Origin: Legionella sp. | GTDB taxonomy: Bacteria; Pseudomonadota; Gammaproteobacteria; Legionellales; Legionellaceae | Length of the DNA stretch: 64,000 bases | Assembly (NCBI RefSeq): GCF_031291095.1 | Contig: NZ_JARLJR010000008.1 | Direction: 5' to 3' (one strand) | Part shown: piece by piece, positions 8,469 through 18,443 of the stretch | How positions within the stretch are numbered: position 1 is the stretch's first letter | Layout of the letters: each line of letters opens with the position of its first letter | Made by a program: the position numbers and the translations under genes | The notes under the pieces: model-generated | Databases searched by the model: none | What the model saw: the letters and a program-made list of their open reading frames with translations, nothing else | Told to the model about the DNA's origin: nothing

Positions 8469-11400
8469 ATGGCATTTACCGATATTTTTATTAAGCGGCC
8501 TGTATTGGCTACAGTGGTTAGCTTAATGATTTTGGCAATGGGGCTGCGCTCCCTGGGGTCGTTGCCTGTAATGCAATACCCCTTTACAGAAAATGCCATT
8601 GTTACAGTCACGACGACCTATACAGGAGCCAACCCGGATGTGATCGCGGGTTTTATTACCACTCCTTTAGAAAATTCGATCGCCCAGGCCAATGGTATTG
8701 ATTATATGACCTCTACCAGTACACCGGGTACCAGTACGATTACCGTTAATTTATTACTTAACTATGATCCTTTAAAGGCATTATCGGACATTACCACCAA
8801 AGTAAATGCTGTACTTAATCAGCTGCCGAAAAACTCACAACAACCAGTAATTACGGTGTCTGTCGGGCAAACTATTGATTCGATGTATATTGGTTTTTTT
8901 AGCGATGAATTGCCGATTAATAAAGTTACCGATTATATCCTTCGCGTGGTTCAACCTAAGTTGCAGGCCGTTAATGGTGTACAGAATGCGCAAATTCTGG
9001 GAAATCAAACCTTTGCTCTACGTGCTTGGCTTGACCCCGTTAAATTAGCTGGTTTCGGGCTTTCGGCCGCAGACATTGGGGCGGCCTTGGCTAATAATGA
9101 TTTTATTTCTGCTGTGGGTCGTACGGATGGGCAGATGTTTATTCAAAACTTGACTGCATCTACCGACCTTAACGATGTTGAGCAATTTAAAAAAATGATT
9201 ATTAAGGCACAAAACGGCGCCATTATTCGTTTGGGGGATGTCGCAGATGTTGATCTTGGTGCCCAAAATTATAATTCATCGGTGAGTTTTGATGGGCAAA
9301 CTGCTGTTTATATCGGGATTATTGTTGCTCCGTCCGCTAACTTATTAACTGTAATTAATGAAATAAGGAAAATTTTTCCAACTATTCAGGCGCAATTACC
9401 TCAAGGTTTAAATGCCAATATTGTTTATGATGCGAGTTTGTTCGTTAATTCGTCAATTCATGAAGTAATTCTATCTTTGATGGAAGCCTTCATGATTGTG
9501 ACGGTTGTCATTTTTATTTTCCTTGGTTCTATTCGTTCCGTTATTATTCCCTTGGTTGCAATTCCTTTATCTATTATTGGCACCTTTTGGGTCATGCTGG
9601 CTTTAGGCTACTCCATTAATTTATTGACTTTATTGGCTTTAGTATTAGGGATTGGTCTTGTGGTGGATGATGCGATTATTGTTGTAGAGAACGTGCAGCG
9701 CCATATTGAGGAAGGACGAACTCGAATTAAAGCGGCATTACTTGGAGCAAGTGAATTAGCCAATCCGATTATCGCAATTACGGTAGTTTTGATTGCTGTT
9801 TATGCTCCTATTGGCTTTATGGGAGGATTAACGGGAGCTTTATTTACTGAGTTTGCCTTTACTTTAGCGGGGGCTGTAACCATTTCTGCGGTGGTGGCCT
9901 TAACTTTGTCGCCTATGATGTGTTCTAAATTTTTGAAAGTTGGAGATGGTGCAGCTAAAGGGCGTTTTATGACCCAAGTAGACCATTATTTTACTAAGTT
10001 AGAAAAAGCCTATTCACGTGTCTTAGTAAGAACGTTGCGTAATTTGCCTGTAGTACTCGTTTTTGCTGCGATTATTCTAGCCAGTAATTACTTTTTGTTT
10101 ACGACTTCGGCATCAGAATTAGCACCGCAAGAAGATCAGGGGGTTATTATTTCGCAAGTAACTGCCGCCGCAAACGCTTCTTTAGCTCAAACACAGCTTT
10201 ACGCGAATGCGGTCAATGCAATCTATAAAAAGCATCCAGAAACAGATCATATTTTTCAGGTGGATGGGGGGACTGGCTTAAATACGTCCATTATTGGTAT
10301 GGTTTTAAAACCTTGGGATGAGCGTAGTCGTACCTCAAATCAGCTGCAACCGTTAATCCAAAACGAGTTGAATCAAATTGCTGGAGCCAAAATAGCTGCG
10401 TTTCAATTACCATCATTGCCGGGAGGTGGGAGTGGTTTGCCAATTCAATTTGTGGTTACTACAACTGAGCCTTTTGAAAATTTAAATGAGGTAATGCAAC
10501 CGATATTAGAACAGGCACGTAGCTCTGGATTGTTTGCATACATTGACGTAGATCTCAAGATCGATCAGATACAAACGCGAATTAATTTAGATCGAGACCG
10601 AATCTCTCAATTTGGGTTAACCATGCAGGATATTGGTAATGTATTTGGTTCTGCTCTGAGTGAGGGATATATTAATTATTTTAACTTTTTGGGGCGTTCT
10701 TATCAGGTCATTCCCCAAGTGACACGGAAATCTCGTTTAAATCCAGAGCAAATATTAAATTACTACATTAGGACATCAACAGGAGAGTCGATACCTCTTT
10801 CTACCGTAGCCAGTTTGCAGCGACAAGTTGTTCCTGAATCATTAAATCATTTTCAGCAGCTTAATTCGGCAACGATTTCAGCGGTTGCATTACCCGGCGT
10901 TTCAACTGAGAAAGCTTTAAGTACGTTAGCGACCTTTGCGAATCAGAATTTACCACAAGGTTATTCCATTGATTACGCATCCCAGTCACGACAATATATT
11001 AAAGAAGGGTCCACGTTAATTGTTACGTTTTTCTTCGCGTTAATTATTATTTTCTTGGCTTTATCTGCATTATTTGAGAGTTTTCGTGATCCTTTGATCG
11101 TATTAATTAGTGTGCCTATGTCTATTTGCGGGGCTATGATTTTTGTAAGCCTTGGTGTGGGTGGTGCTACCTTGAATATTTATAGTGAGGTAGGCTTGGT
11201 AACCCTGATTGGCTTAATCAGTAAGCATGGTATTTTGATTGTGCAATTTGCCAATGAATTACAGGAAAAAGGGGAAAAGAAACTCGACGCAATTCGCGCC
11301 GCCGCCGCCATTCGTTTACGCCCAATTTTGATGACTACCGCCGCAATGGTGTTGGGGGTTATACCTTTAATTATTGCAACAGGGGCGGGAGCTCAAAGCC

Positions 11401-11552
11401 GTTATAATATTGGTTTGGTAATTGCGACGGGTATTTCGATCGGTACTTTATTTACCCTTTTTGTGGTCCCTTCAATGTATCTGTTTTTAGCTGAGGAGCA
11501 TGTGGAAAAGGCCAGAGAAGAACATTTGGAGAACGAGGAGTCGCTGGGGTAG
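8469..11552 (+). CDS. RND efflux transporter permease (AcrB/MexW/MexI-like)
   Basis: FIKRPV N-terminus; proton-relay residues VDDAIIVVEN, SKHGILIV and RLRPILMT; 1027 aa. Confidence 0.95.
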   Translation: MAFTDIFIKRPVLATVVSLMILAMGLRSLGSLPVMQYPFTENAIVTVTTTYTGANPDVIAGFITTPLENSIAQANGIDYMTSTSTPGTSTITVNLLLNYDPLKALSDITTKVNAVLNQLPKNSQQPVITVSVGQTIDSMYIGFFSDELPINKVTDYILRVVQPKLQAVNGVQNAQILGNQTFALRAWLDPVKLAGFGLSAADIGAALANNDFISAVGRTDGQMFIQNLTASTDLNDVEQFKKMIIKAQNGAIIRLGDVADVDLGAQNYNSSVSFDGQTAVYIGIIVAPSANLLTVINEIRKIFPTIQAQLPQGLNANIVYDASLFVNSSIHEVILSLMEAFMIVTVVIFIFLGSIRSVIIPLVAIPLSIIGTFWVMLALGYSINLLTLLALVLGIGLVVDDAIIVVENVQRHIEEGRTRIKAALLGASELANPIIAITVVLIAVYAPIGFMGGLTGALFTEFAFTLAGAVTISAVVALTLSPMMCSKFLKVGDGAAKGRFMTQVDHYFTKLEKAYSRVLVRTLRNLPVVLVFAAIILASNYFLFTTSASELAPQEDQGVIISQVTAAANASLAQTQLYANAVNAIYKKHPETDHIFQVDGGTGLNTSIIGMVLKPWDERSRTSNQLQPLIQNELNQIAGAKIAAFQLPSLPGGGSGLPIQFVVTTTEPFENLNEVMQPILEQARSSGLFAYIDVDLKIDQIQTRINLDRDRISQFGLTMQDIGNVFGSALSEGYINYFNFLGRSYQVIPQVTRKSRLNPEQILNYYIRTSTGESIPLSTVASLQRQVVPESLNHFQQLNSATISAVALPGVSTEKALSTLATFANQNLPQGYSIDYASQSRQYIKEGSTLIVTFFFALIIIFLALSALFESFRDPLIVLISVPMSICGAMIFVSLGVGGATLNIYSEVGLVTLIGLISKHGILIVQFANELQEKGEKKLDAIRAAAAIRLRPILMTTAAMVLGVIPLIIATGAGAQSRYNIGLVIATGISIGTLFTLFVVPSMYLFLAEEHVEKAREEHLENEESLG

Positions 11553-11646
11553 TGTTTATGTAAAATGACAGGATCCCATTTCGAGCACCGTTAACGATGT
11601 AGGCTGACTGTAACGCCCTGCATTGGGGTAGCAACAAATTGCATTT

Positions 11647-11668
11647 GCTGGGTTTTCAGCCCAGCTAC
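11647..11668 (-). repeat. GTAG-tagged REP-like palindrome, GCTGGG family
   Basis: Minus strand GTAGCTGGGCTGAAAACCCAGC; related copies at 40040, 55339 and 58092; between convergent genes. Confidence 0.75.
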
Positions 11669-11669
11669 A

Positions 11670-14600
11670 TTATTGCAATGCCACAATCGTTGTTTCTGCA
11701 GCTTCTGCCAATGCTTCACTCACAGGGGGCTGGGTCGGTGGAATGAATAATCCAAATCTGACAATTAATGCAGTATCCAGTTTCTGTGGTTTATCCACCG
11801 CCTCATTCATATTCTCTAAGAAGCGCTTCCTTGTCGAAGTATAAAGATTTAATGTTTCTAACAAGGATAGAAAACAGGCTTTCAGATAAGCATAACTCAA
11901 TGTATCCATATGCCTGTTTGGGGCGAGCAAGACACTTTCAAAGCGAGGTTGTTTCACTAGCGTCTTTATCTTTTCAAAACGTTTTTTGATTGATAAGGAG
12001 GCTGGCTCATCTTCCGTCATTTTCACTGGTTTTTTAATTCGTTCAGAATGTGCTTTGGGCACAGGTCCATGCGCTACATTTTCTTGAACAGTTGCCGCTG
12101 GCTCAGCGTCTGCATTAACGGACATGGGTTCATCCGCATCGTCCTGTGCATTTGTTGCTATCTCATATAAGTCATTAATTAACTCAGACTTTTCAGTTAG
12201 TGGATCTTTAAGTTTAGATTGAGGTTTTTGTACCGAACTAACTTGTTGTTCATTTTTCTTTTTCGTTGCATCGCTCAAATATCCTTTTATTTGTGCTAAA
12301 ACAACCCGAACGCGATCAAGTTGTGCGTATTCTTCATAATGCTTCCGTTCAAACTCGCCGATTTTTTCTTGCAACTGTTTTTCTATGCTAAAACTAATGT
12401 CTTTTACCGTTTTTGCCTGCGTAATGATTTGTGCTTTAAACGTGAGTAATTCTTTACGTAACTCTTTGCGATACTCTTGATCGGTATATTGCAAACCAAT
12501 ATGGCGGTTACACAGTTTCTTCAAGTGCCTATCAAAGGTTTTTGTCGTGTATTCATGAACAAAATCTTGATTTTCTTTAGCCTGGACTTTGTCGATTCCT
12601 TTAAGTTGTGCCAGTTGTTCTTTTGCGGTCTGCAGTCTCATTTCATAGGTTGATAACAGACCAAGAACGTAATGATAACTGGCAGTAATCCAGCTCTCAA
12701 TTTCAGTAAATTCAGGATCGTACGCATTAAGTGGTTCACTACATACTTTATCTAGTAGATGCTGGTCTTCATAAGTGCTTACATCGATGCTGACTTTCTT
12801 TGTATCGCGAAACTGAGCCAAGACGGGCAAGTTTTTCTTATATTGATCTTGCAGTCCCTTAACGCACTCCTCAAAGGTAAATGGATGGACGCTAATGGGT
12901 TGTAACGTTGACATGAGATCAGGATGTGCGTAGCGCTTATACTCTTGAACATACATGTATAAGGTTTCCAGGTCGGCATGCTCTTCTTTTACTCGTTCAA
13001 TATTCTTTTGAGCCTTGGTAATTTTTTTATCGAGAATATTCGTACGCTCTTCTAATGGCTTTTTATCGCAGATTAATGCAACATGCACTTCAGAGGGTAG
13101 GTCAAGAGCCTCTAAGAAGCCTTTATAAAATTCATTCGTGATGCGTCTTAATGGTTCGGAGAGACTCCCGGGAGCTAATCCAAGTTTTGTTTCCCAATGA
13201 TCTGCCTCAAGCAGCATAGGAGTAAATATTCCAGGTCTAATCTTATCTATATTATTAAGTGCCGCATCATGTGCTGTGGTGGTAAATTCATTGAGTTTTT
13301 GCATCAACTCTCTGTAAAGTAATAACATCTGCGGTGACTGTAGAAAAAGTTTAAAATAAGAATGCGAATTTTTAATCATTGCTTCTATAGTCAGTGTTGC
13401 TTGTTTGGCATTCTTGTAGAGGGTATTCAGTTCTTCAGTAGACTGATAATTCTTATTTTTTAGTGATCTAATGTGATTTGGACCAATATAAAAAGCATTA
13501 AGTGCAAACCACACCGAATTTTGTTGTACTGTTCCAGGTACGGGAATTTGCTCTGGTGCTGTTTGATATGCAAAAGAATGTCCCTGAATAACTGCATAAA
13601 GATTTTGAGCTTTACTGACTAACTCTCGAGTAATAAAACTATAATGAGGATCTGTAGTCAGTCGTTCACTGAGCTTAATGATTTCGTTGATATGGCCATA
13701 AGCTTGTAACAGCGTGCTAACATAATTCCATTTCCATAACTTGGCCATACTCTCTTCACCAATCGCGGAATAAGGGCGATGAAGATTGTAATCGTTTAAA
13801 TTTTCTAATTCATGGGCAATCCCTTCAATGTGAAATAGACAATTATAGATATCTTTTATCGCGCGAACCTGCATGCTCTGGGCTAGCTGCTGGTAAGGAT
13901 CCTCCATTTCAGGATAAGGAACACCTTTGGCTTTGGGAACTAATTGCTTGCGCATGGCTTCATTAAAGAGTGCCTGAATGCCATATAGCGCCGATCTAAA
14001 TTCTGCGATGCCTTTAGAAATGTTCGTGTCTTTGAGAAGACGATAGGCTCTTTCTCCTTGCTTCAGGTTTAAACTGAGCGAGGCGGCTTCATTTTCTTTA
14101 ACAAGTTTTTCTTGAGCAATACTAATATATTGTTGATTTTTATGATGCCAATCCATACTCACACTAGCAAAATAAGTTTCAAAATGCTCGTCTAGGACTT
14201 CGAAAAAGTCAACTGCAGGTATTGTTGCAGCGGCAATTTTTTTCTTCGATAACGCGTCTGCTAAGAATTTATCAAACGTTAGAATACTTTTCTTGCTGGC
14301 CTCGGGGGCGGCGCAAACAACATAAGCTTGAAAGACGTTATATAAATTGCGGCATTGAGTTTTGACTTGATCGTTTAATGCGTCAATATTTTGCGCTGAA
14401 CCTTTGATATTATGGGCTCTTAGAAGGTCTAGAAATTCTGTTTCAGTAGCGGTTTTTTCCTGTGCCAAACGCATAAATTGTTGCTTCTTTTGTCGCCAGG
14501 TCTTTTCAATTAGAACAAAATGTTTTTCGGCATCTTTGAATAAACCAGCGACAGGTAGGTCGGTTACCACAACAGGATTATTCGATAATAAATCAACTAG

Positions 14601-17240
14601 AATATGATCTAAATTGAGCATCTCATTGGGTCTTAATGTTGAGGATGCTGCAAAATAAGGTTGAAACACGGCATATAAATTACGGCATTGTTCTTTAAGC
14701 GCTCCATCCAATTGACGTAGGTCATAAATGTTTTCGTGAAGGCTATGTTCTTGCAAGATTTTGCTAAATTCTATGTAGGCTTGTCGAGCGGCTTGAAAAT
14801 TATTGTATTTATTACGATAGAACGCATACAGCTCAATAGCCTCATCAGCCGTTAGTTGTTCCGGGTTTGGAGTTAAGGCGTTAGTCTGAGTATTTTGTAG
14901 ATTAGTCTCGTCAATATTATAAATGCTGTCGCTAGTACCATCATAAGGAAGTAGAGGGGCTTGGGCATTTGGACATTTTTCCTGGGAACTGTGGATTTGC
15001 AACAGTTTCATAAAATCATTATAGGCTTGGCGTGCAACTTGGAACTTATTGTGCTTATTGCGATACCATTCACAGAGTTCAAGGGTTTGATCGGCAGTTA
15101 ATTGCTCAGGATTTCTCAGTAAAGTATGCTGAGTGCTATCGCTTTTTTCGAATTTCAGTTTTTTGGATTCTTGCTCGAGGAACGCGGCTGCGGCTCCTTC
15201 ATCAAGGAATTTAGTTTGTTGTAAATCATAATAAGAGTCATCTGTCGTAGGCCATGTGGTCTGGATGGTTGACAGCGCTGTTGCGCAACTTTGCATCAAG
15301 AAGGTTGCGTCGACAATAGTGGGGGTGTCTTTTGTATCCACTATTCTATTTGCCAGTATTGCGGCAAGATATTGTTCAAACTTTTGTAAGTCCTCTTTGT
15401 GTGTTGTTAAATAAGGCAAATAAGGGCTTAATTTATTATAAAGGTTTCTGAGACGAATTTTGGTCTCATTGCTGAGCTGATTTAAGGTTAAATGAGTTTG
15501 ATCTTCACGAGTAGCTCTTTTTATTAGTTTATTGAAGCTAATAAAATTTTTTCTCAGCGTGAGAAGTTGTGTTTTTTCAATGGTCAGTGGCGCTTCATCT
15601 TGTTTAATCCCTAGAGGAATTGTTTCATCAAGGGTGTATACATTAGTTTGTCGGTTATAGGGATATAAGGCTAATTGCGCATTTTTATACACAGAGTCAA
15701 TCAGATCACGATTGAGTCTGATATGGAATAGTTGGGTTGCTTCATTTTTATTAATTAATGCAGATAGGGCTGCTCTTTTAGGCAGAATGAAGCTTACATG
15801 ATCAGGGTCTAGTGCTCTGGTTATGAAACTCCATGGTCTCGATATATAGGAAGCCCAGGCTGAACGTGTAGTATATGATGACCAGGCTTTGGGACCAAGG
15901 AGGCCTGCGCTCATTTGGTCATTGAGGTCGAGATCCAGACGTTCTACATAAGGTTTAAATATTTTGTAATGGCTAATAAGTTGTTCTCTTACCGGCTCGG
16001 GTAATTGATGTAGACTCAAGTTTTGATGCTCTGCTTTTTCCAATTCATCGAAAAACGCGTCAATTGCATCTTGGGCTTGCTTGGTTTTATAGAGTGTTTT
16101 ATTTGCAGTATCAATACGCTTATAAGCAAGTTCCAGTCTTAGCTCAATAAAACGTGAATCTTCAATTTGCAGTAGTTCTTCTCCTCTTGTTTTAAAATCA
16201 ATGGCTTTTTTGGGAAGGTACACAAGCGCTTCATATAATTTTTGCGCATTAGCCATCAGAGGAGCAGATAATGTGCCCGGATTGAGCATACAATTCACTT
16301 CAATTTTATCTACTAGACCAAATAGTTTCGGGAGTACGTCGTATTTTATTTGAGATAATTTACCGCATACCACGTCTTGGGAAAATTCACTTAATTCCCC
16401 GACCTGTTCCAGGGTGCTCATTACCAGGGTAATTAGGTTACGAAGAATATGGATGTAATTTAAAAATTTAAGCGAAACAAGGATCTTATTCCCTTTTAAA
16501 TTTTCTATGTCATTTAATAAATGAAGTGCTGCGTTTTGTATTTCATCTAATTTTTTTTGGTTGAGCTTTGGCTCATTCTGGCGAATTTCTGATGAGTATG
16601 ATTCGATTTTCTCAGTTAGCTGATTAATATAACTGGGTAAAAGCGCACTAAATTCGGTTAGGAAATTATAATCGACATCTCCACCTAGAGGGCGCAACTG
16701 ATCTACAGTTTTACCAGTGGCCTCACCGACAGTTTTGGCAATGGGATAGGGTTGAATCGCATCTTTTGTTGCTTGAGCATTTTTTTCAGCAAGCTGTTGT
16801 ACCTGGGCTAAATGGGGCAGGATAAAGTCAAGTTCGTCTCGGAACATTTCTTTTAAATCCACATCCAAATGCGTGGCTAGGTAACTTGCTTCATAAGTTG
16901 TTTCAATGGTATTGCTAAGGAGTAATTGGACATTTGGGGTGGCTTTGCGTAAATCTCTAATATCAAGATGTTCTAAATCAATAAATGATAAACGAGCATA
17001 ATAAAGCGCGTTGATTAGTTTTTTTATTTGAGTAATATTATCGGGTTCAAGTTCAAAGTCTGTAAAAGGAACGCCTGTGGTATTGATCCTTTCTTGAGCA
17101 AAATAGGGACGTATTTGCGGACTAACATGCTGACTATTAAGAGCGCCAAAAATTTGCGCGTAAACACGCTCTACATGTTTGGAAAGCATGTTTCGCTTGA
17201 ATGATTCAATAACTCGTAGTTTTTCTTCTATAATAATCAT
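11670..17240 (-). CDS. sdhA: Large alpha-helical Dot/Icm effector, SdhA/SidH family, with internal duplications
   Basis: 1856 aa helical/coiled-coil protein with an N-terminus resembling SdhA as recalled; position just upstream of the uvrA-lemA-htpX block as recalled for L. pneumophila lpg0376; PmrA-type box upstream. Orthology not verified by search. Confidence 0.72.
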   Translation of the reverse strand: MIIIEEKLRVIESFKRNMLSKHVERVYAQIFGALNSQHVSPQIRPYFAQERINTTGVPFTDFELEPDNITQIKKLINALYYARLSFIDLEHLDIRDLRKATPNVQLLLSNTIETTYEASYLATHLDVDLKEMFRDELDFILPHLAQVQQLAEKNAQATKDAIQPYPIAKTVGEATGKTVDQLRPLGGDVDYNFLTEFSALLPSYINQLTEKIESYSSEIRQNEPKLNQKKLDEIQNAALHLLNDIENLKGNKILVSLKFLNYIHILRNLITLVMSTLEQVGELSEFSQDVVCGKLSQIKYDVLPKLFGLVDKIEVNCMLNPGTLSAPLMANAQKLYEALVYLPKKAIDFKTRGEELLQIEDSRFIELRLELAYKRIDTANKTLYKTKQAQDAIDAFFDELEKAEHQNLSLHQLPEPVREQLISHYKIFKPYVERLDLDLNDQMSAGLLGPKAWSSYTTRSAWASYISRPWSFITRALDPDHVSFILPKRAALSALINKNEATQLFHIRLNRDLIDSVYKNAQLALYPYNRQTNVYTLDETIPLGIKQDEAPLTIEKTQLLTLRKNFISFNKLIKRATREDQTHLTLNQLSNETKIRLRNLYNKLSPYLPYLTTHKEDLQKFEQYLAAILANRIVDTKDTPTIVDATFLMQSCATALSTIQTTWPTTDDSYYDLQQTKFLDEGAAAAFLEQESKKLKFEKSDSTQHTLLRNPEQLTADQTLELCEWYRNKHNKFQVARQAYNDFMKLLQIHSSQEKCPNAQAPLLPYDGTSDSIYNIDETNLQNTQTNALTPNPEQLTADEAIELYAFYRNKYNNFQAARQAYIEFSKILQEHSLHENIYDLRQLDGALKEQCRNLYAVFQPYFAASSTLRPNEMLNLDHILVDLLSNNPVVVTDLPVAGLFKDAEKHFVLIEKTWRQKKQQFMRLAQEKTATETEFLDLLRAHNIKGSAQNIDALNDQVKTQCRNLYNVFQAYVVCAAPEASKKSILTFDKFLADALSKKKIAAATIPAVDFFEVLDEHFETYFASVSMDWHHKNQQYISIAQEKLVKENEAASLSLNLKQGERAYRLLKDTNISKGIAEFRSALYGIQALFNEAMRKQLVPKAKGVPYPEMEDPYQQLAQSMQVRAIKDIYNCLFHIEGIAHELENLNDYNLHRPYSAIGEESMAKLWKWNYVSTLLQAYGHINEIIKLSERLTTDPHYSFITRELVSKAQNLYAVIQGHSFAYQTAPEQIPVPGTVQQNSVWFALNAFYIGPNHIRSLKNKNYQSTEELNTLYKNAKQATLTIEAMIKNSHSYFKLFLQSPQMLLLYRELMQKLNEFTTTAHDAALNNIDKIRPGIFTPMLLEADHWETKLGLAPGSLSEPLRRITNEFYKGFLEALDLPSEVHVALICDKKPLEERTNILDKKITKAQKNIERVKEEHADLETLYMYVQEYKRYAHPDLMSTLQPISVHPFTFEECVKGLQDQYKKNLPVLAQFRDTKKVSIDVSTYEDQHLLDKVCSEPLNAYDPEFTEIESWITASYHYVLGLLSTYEMRLQTAKEQLAQLKGIDKVQAKENQDFVHEYTTKTFDRHLKKLCNRHIGLQYTDQEYRKELRKELLTFKAQIITQAKTVKDISFSIEKQLQEKIGEFERKHYEEYAQLDRVRVVLAQIKGYLSDATKKKNEQQVSSVQKPQSKLKDPLTEKSELINDLYEIATNAQDDADEPMSVNADAEPAATVQENVAHGPVPKAHSERIKKPVKMTEDEPASLSIKKRFEKIKTLVKQPRFESVLLAPNRHMDTLSYAYLKACFLSLLETLNLYTSTRKRFLENMNEAVDKPQKLDTALIVRFGLFIPPTQPPVSEALAEAAETTIVALQ

Positions 17241-17269
17241 CAGATGCCCTACATTATTAACCCCGCGGT

Positions 17270-17302
17270 AGTGTAATGCATAATACTTAAATTATTATTA
17301 AG
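17270..17302 (-). promoter_or_regulatory. PmrA-type tandem box plus -10 element upstream of the sdhA-like gene
   Basis: Minus strand cTTAATaaT-aa-tTTAAGtaT (17302-17283), 7 nt, TACACT (17275-17270); matches the Legionella cTTAATatT tandem consensus. Confidence 0.75.
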
Positions 17303-17328
17303 AATGTAGGTTTTTTGAACTTATTTTT

Positions 17329-17802
17329 TTATAAAACTACTTTTACCGATAATTCTAACGTAAAATCAGCCACCTTATTTGTTAATCCTGGGTAATCAGT
17401 ATAGGCACCTATGTTGATCGGTCTGTTTACCCGCTCTTTTGTTTTTTGCGTTTCTTCTAACATAGCCTTGACCTGTGCTCCATCAGTGCAGACAAAATAA
17501 ACATCTGATTCCGGGCGGCGTAAAAATTGTGCTTGGAATGACTTAAAAACTAATGAGACCTTACATTGAGCAAGTTCCGCATGATAAAAACCATGGATTC
17601 CGCCAGCTAAGTCAGCGCCAACCGATAAGGCGCCAAAATACATTGAGTTTAAATGATTACGACTGCGTCTTTTTAGAGGGAGGCAAATAACAATTTCTTC
17701 TTCATCTATTTTAATTAGTCGAGGTTTTAAGTAGCCGATCATCGCGACTTTAAAATGACAGAAATACCAGAAAAATAATTTAAAACGAAGCGTACGGTTC
17801 AT
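17329..17802 (-). CDS. Hotdog-fold thioesterase-like protein (DUF4442/YiiD-like)
   Basis: LPLKRRSRNHLNSMYFGALSVGAD motif typical of the PaaI/YiiD-like fold. Confidence 0.75.
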   Translation of the reverse strand: MNRTLRFKLFFWYFCHFKVAMIGYLKPRLIKIDEEEIVICLPLKRRSRNHLNSMYFGALSVGADLAGGIHGFYHAELAQCKVSLVFKSFQAQFLRRPESDVYFVCTDGAQVKAMLEETQKTKERVNRPINIGAYTDYPGLTNKVADFTLELSVKVVL

Positions 17803-18245
17803 TCTTTCTCCTCCTTAACCATGCTAATGCTTTGGATAAGATAAGGGCTGCTTGATGGGGGTTTCGTTGCAATAACAATTACAGAAAAGGCAACCTTTAC
17901 ATTAATTTCTGGCAACAGGACTTCAGTATTGACACGTGCAAAATGGATTCCAGAGGCAACGCCGGAGTCTACGACCTGTGGTTCTATAAGAAAAACAGGA
18001 TGAATGGACAGTTCTTTGTCTCGGATTGTCTGGGCATATCCCCCAAGAAATCCCTTAAGAGCATCCCATGCATTCATGGTAAACCCTGCTTTATGCTCAT
18101 TGGGCTCCTCATCTATAGACTTATAATCTACACTTAAAGTGTTTAGTAAGATTTTTTTGGTCCAGGCTGTTACGGGCATGGGTTCCTTTGCGTAAAGATT
18201 GGGAGCCAAAATGAGAATGATTCCGAGTACAAGAGCCCTCATCAC
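17799..18245 (-). CDS. Exported protein, possible DotI/IcmL-like (VirB8-fold) paralog
   Basis: Cleavable-looking signal peptide (..PNLYA-K); TLSVDY...FTMNAWDAL..FL segment resembles the DotI 'F.YDF....FT..GW..F' pattern. Confidence 0.5.
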   Translation of the reverse strand: MMRALVLGIILILAPNLYAKEPMPVTAWTKKILLNTLSVDYKSIDEEPNEHKAGFTMNAWDALKGFLGGYAQTIRDKELSIHPVFLIEPQVVDSGVASGIHFARVNTEVLLPEINVKVAFSVIVIATKPPSSSPYLIQSISMVKEEKE

Positions 18246-18443
18246 TAAAATCCTTTTATATTAACGAGTTATTAATTTAAGTGTAGCAGAAGTATCTATG
18301 GATACCCAAGCTACTTCAGATGCAAAAAAACATGCATTTTGCAGTATCTTGGATAGGGCATTAAAAATGTCTATACGCTCTGCAAATTTAAGTTCATAAT
18401 TCATTTTTCTTTTCAGAATTATTAAACTAACCGATCGAATTTT

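Noticed and set aside
18246-18443. SOS (LexA) box upstream of uvrA
   Set aside because: No CTGT-N8-ACAG seen; only a weak GTAGC...GCTAC hairpin at 18283-18314 that may be a decayed REP
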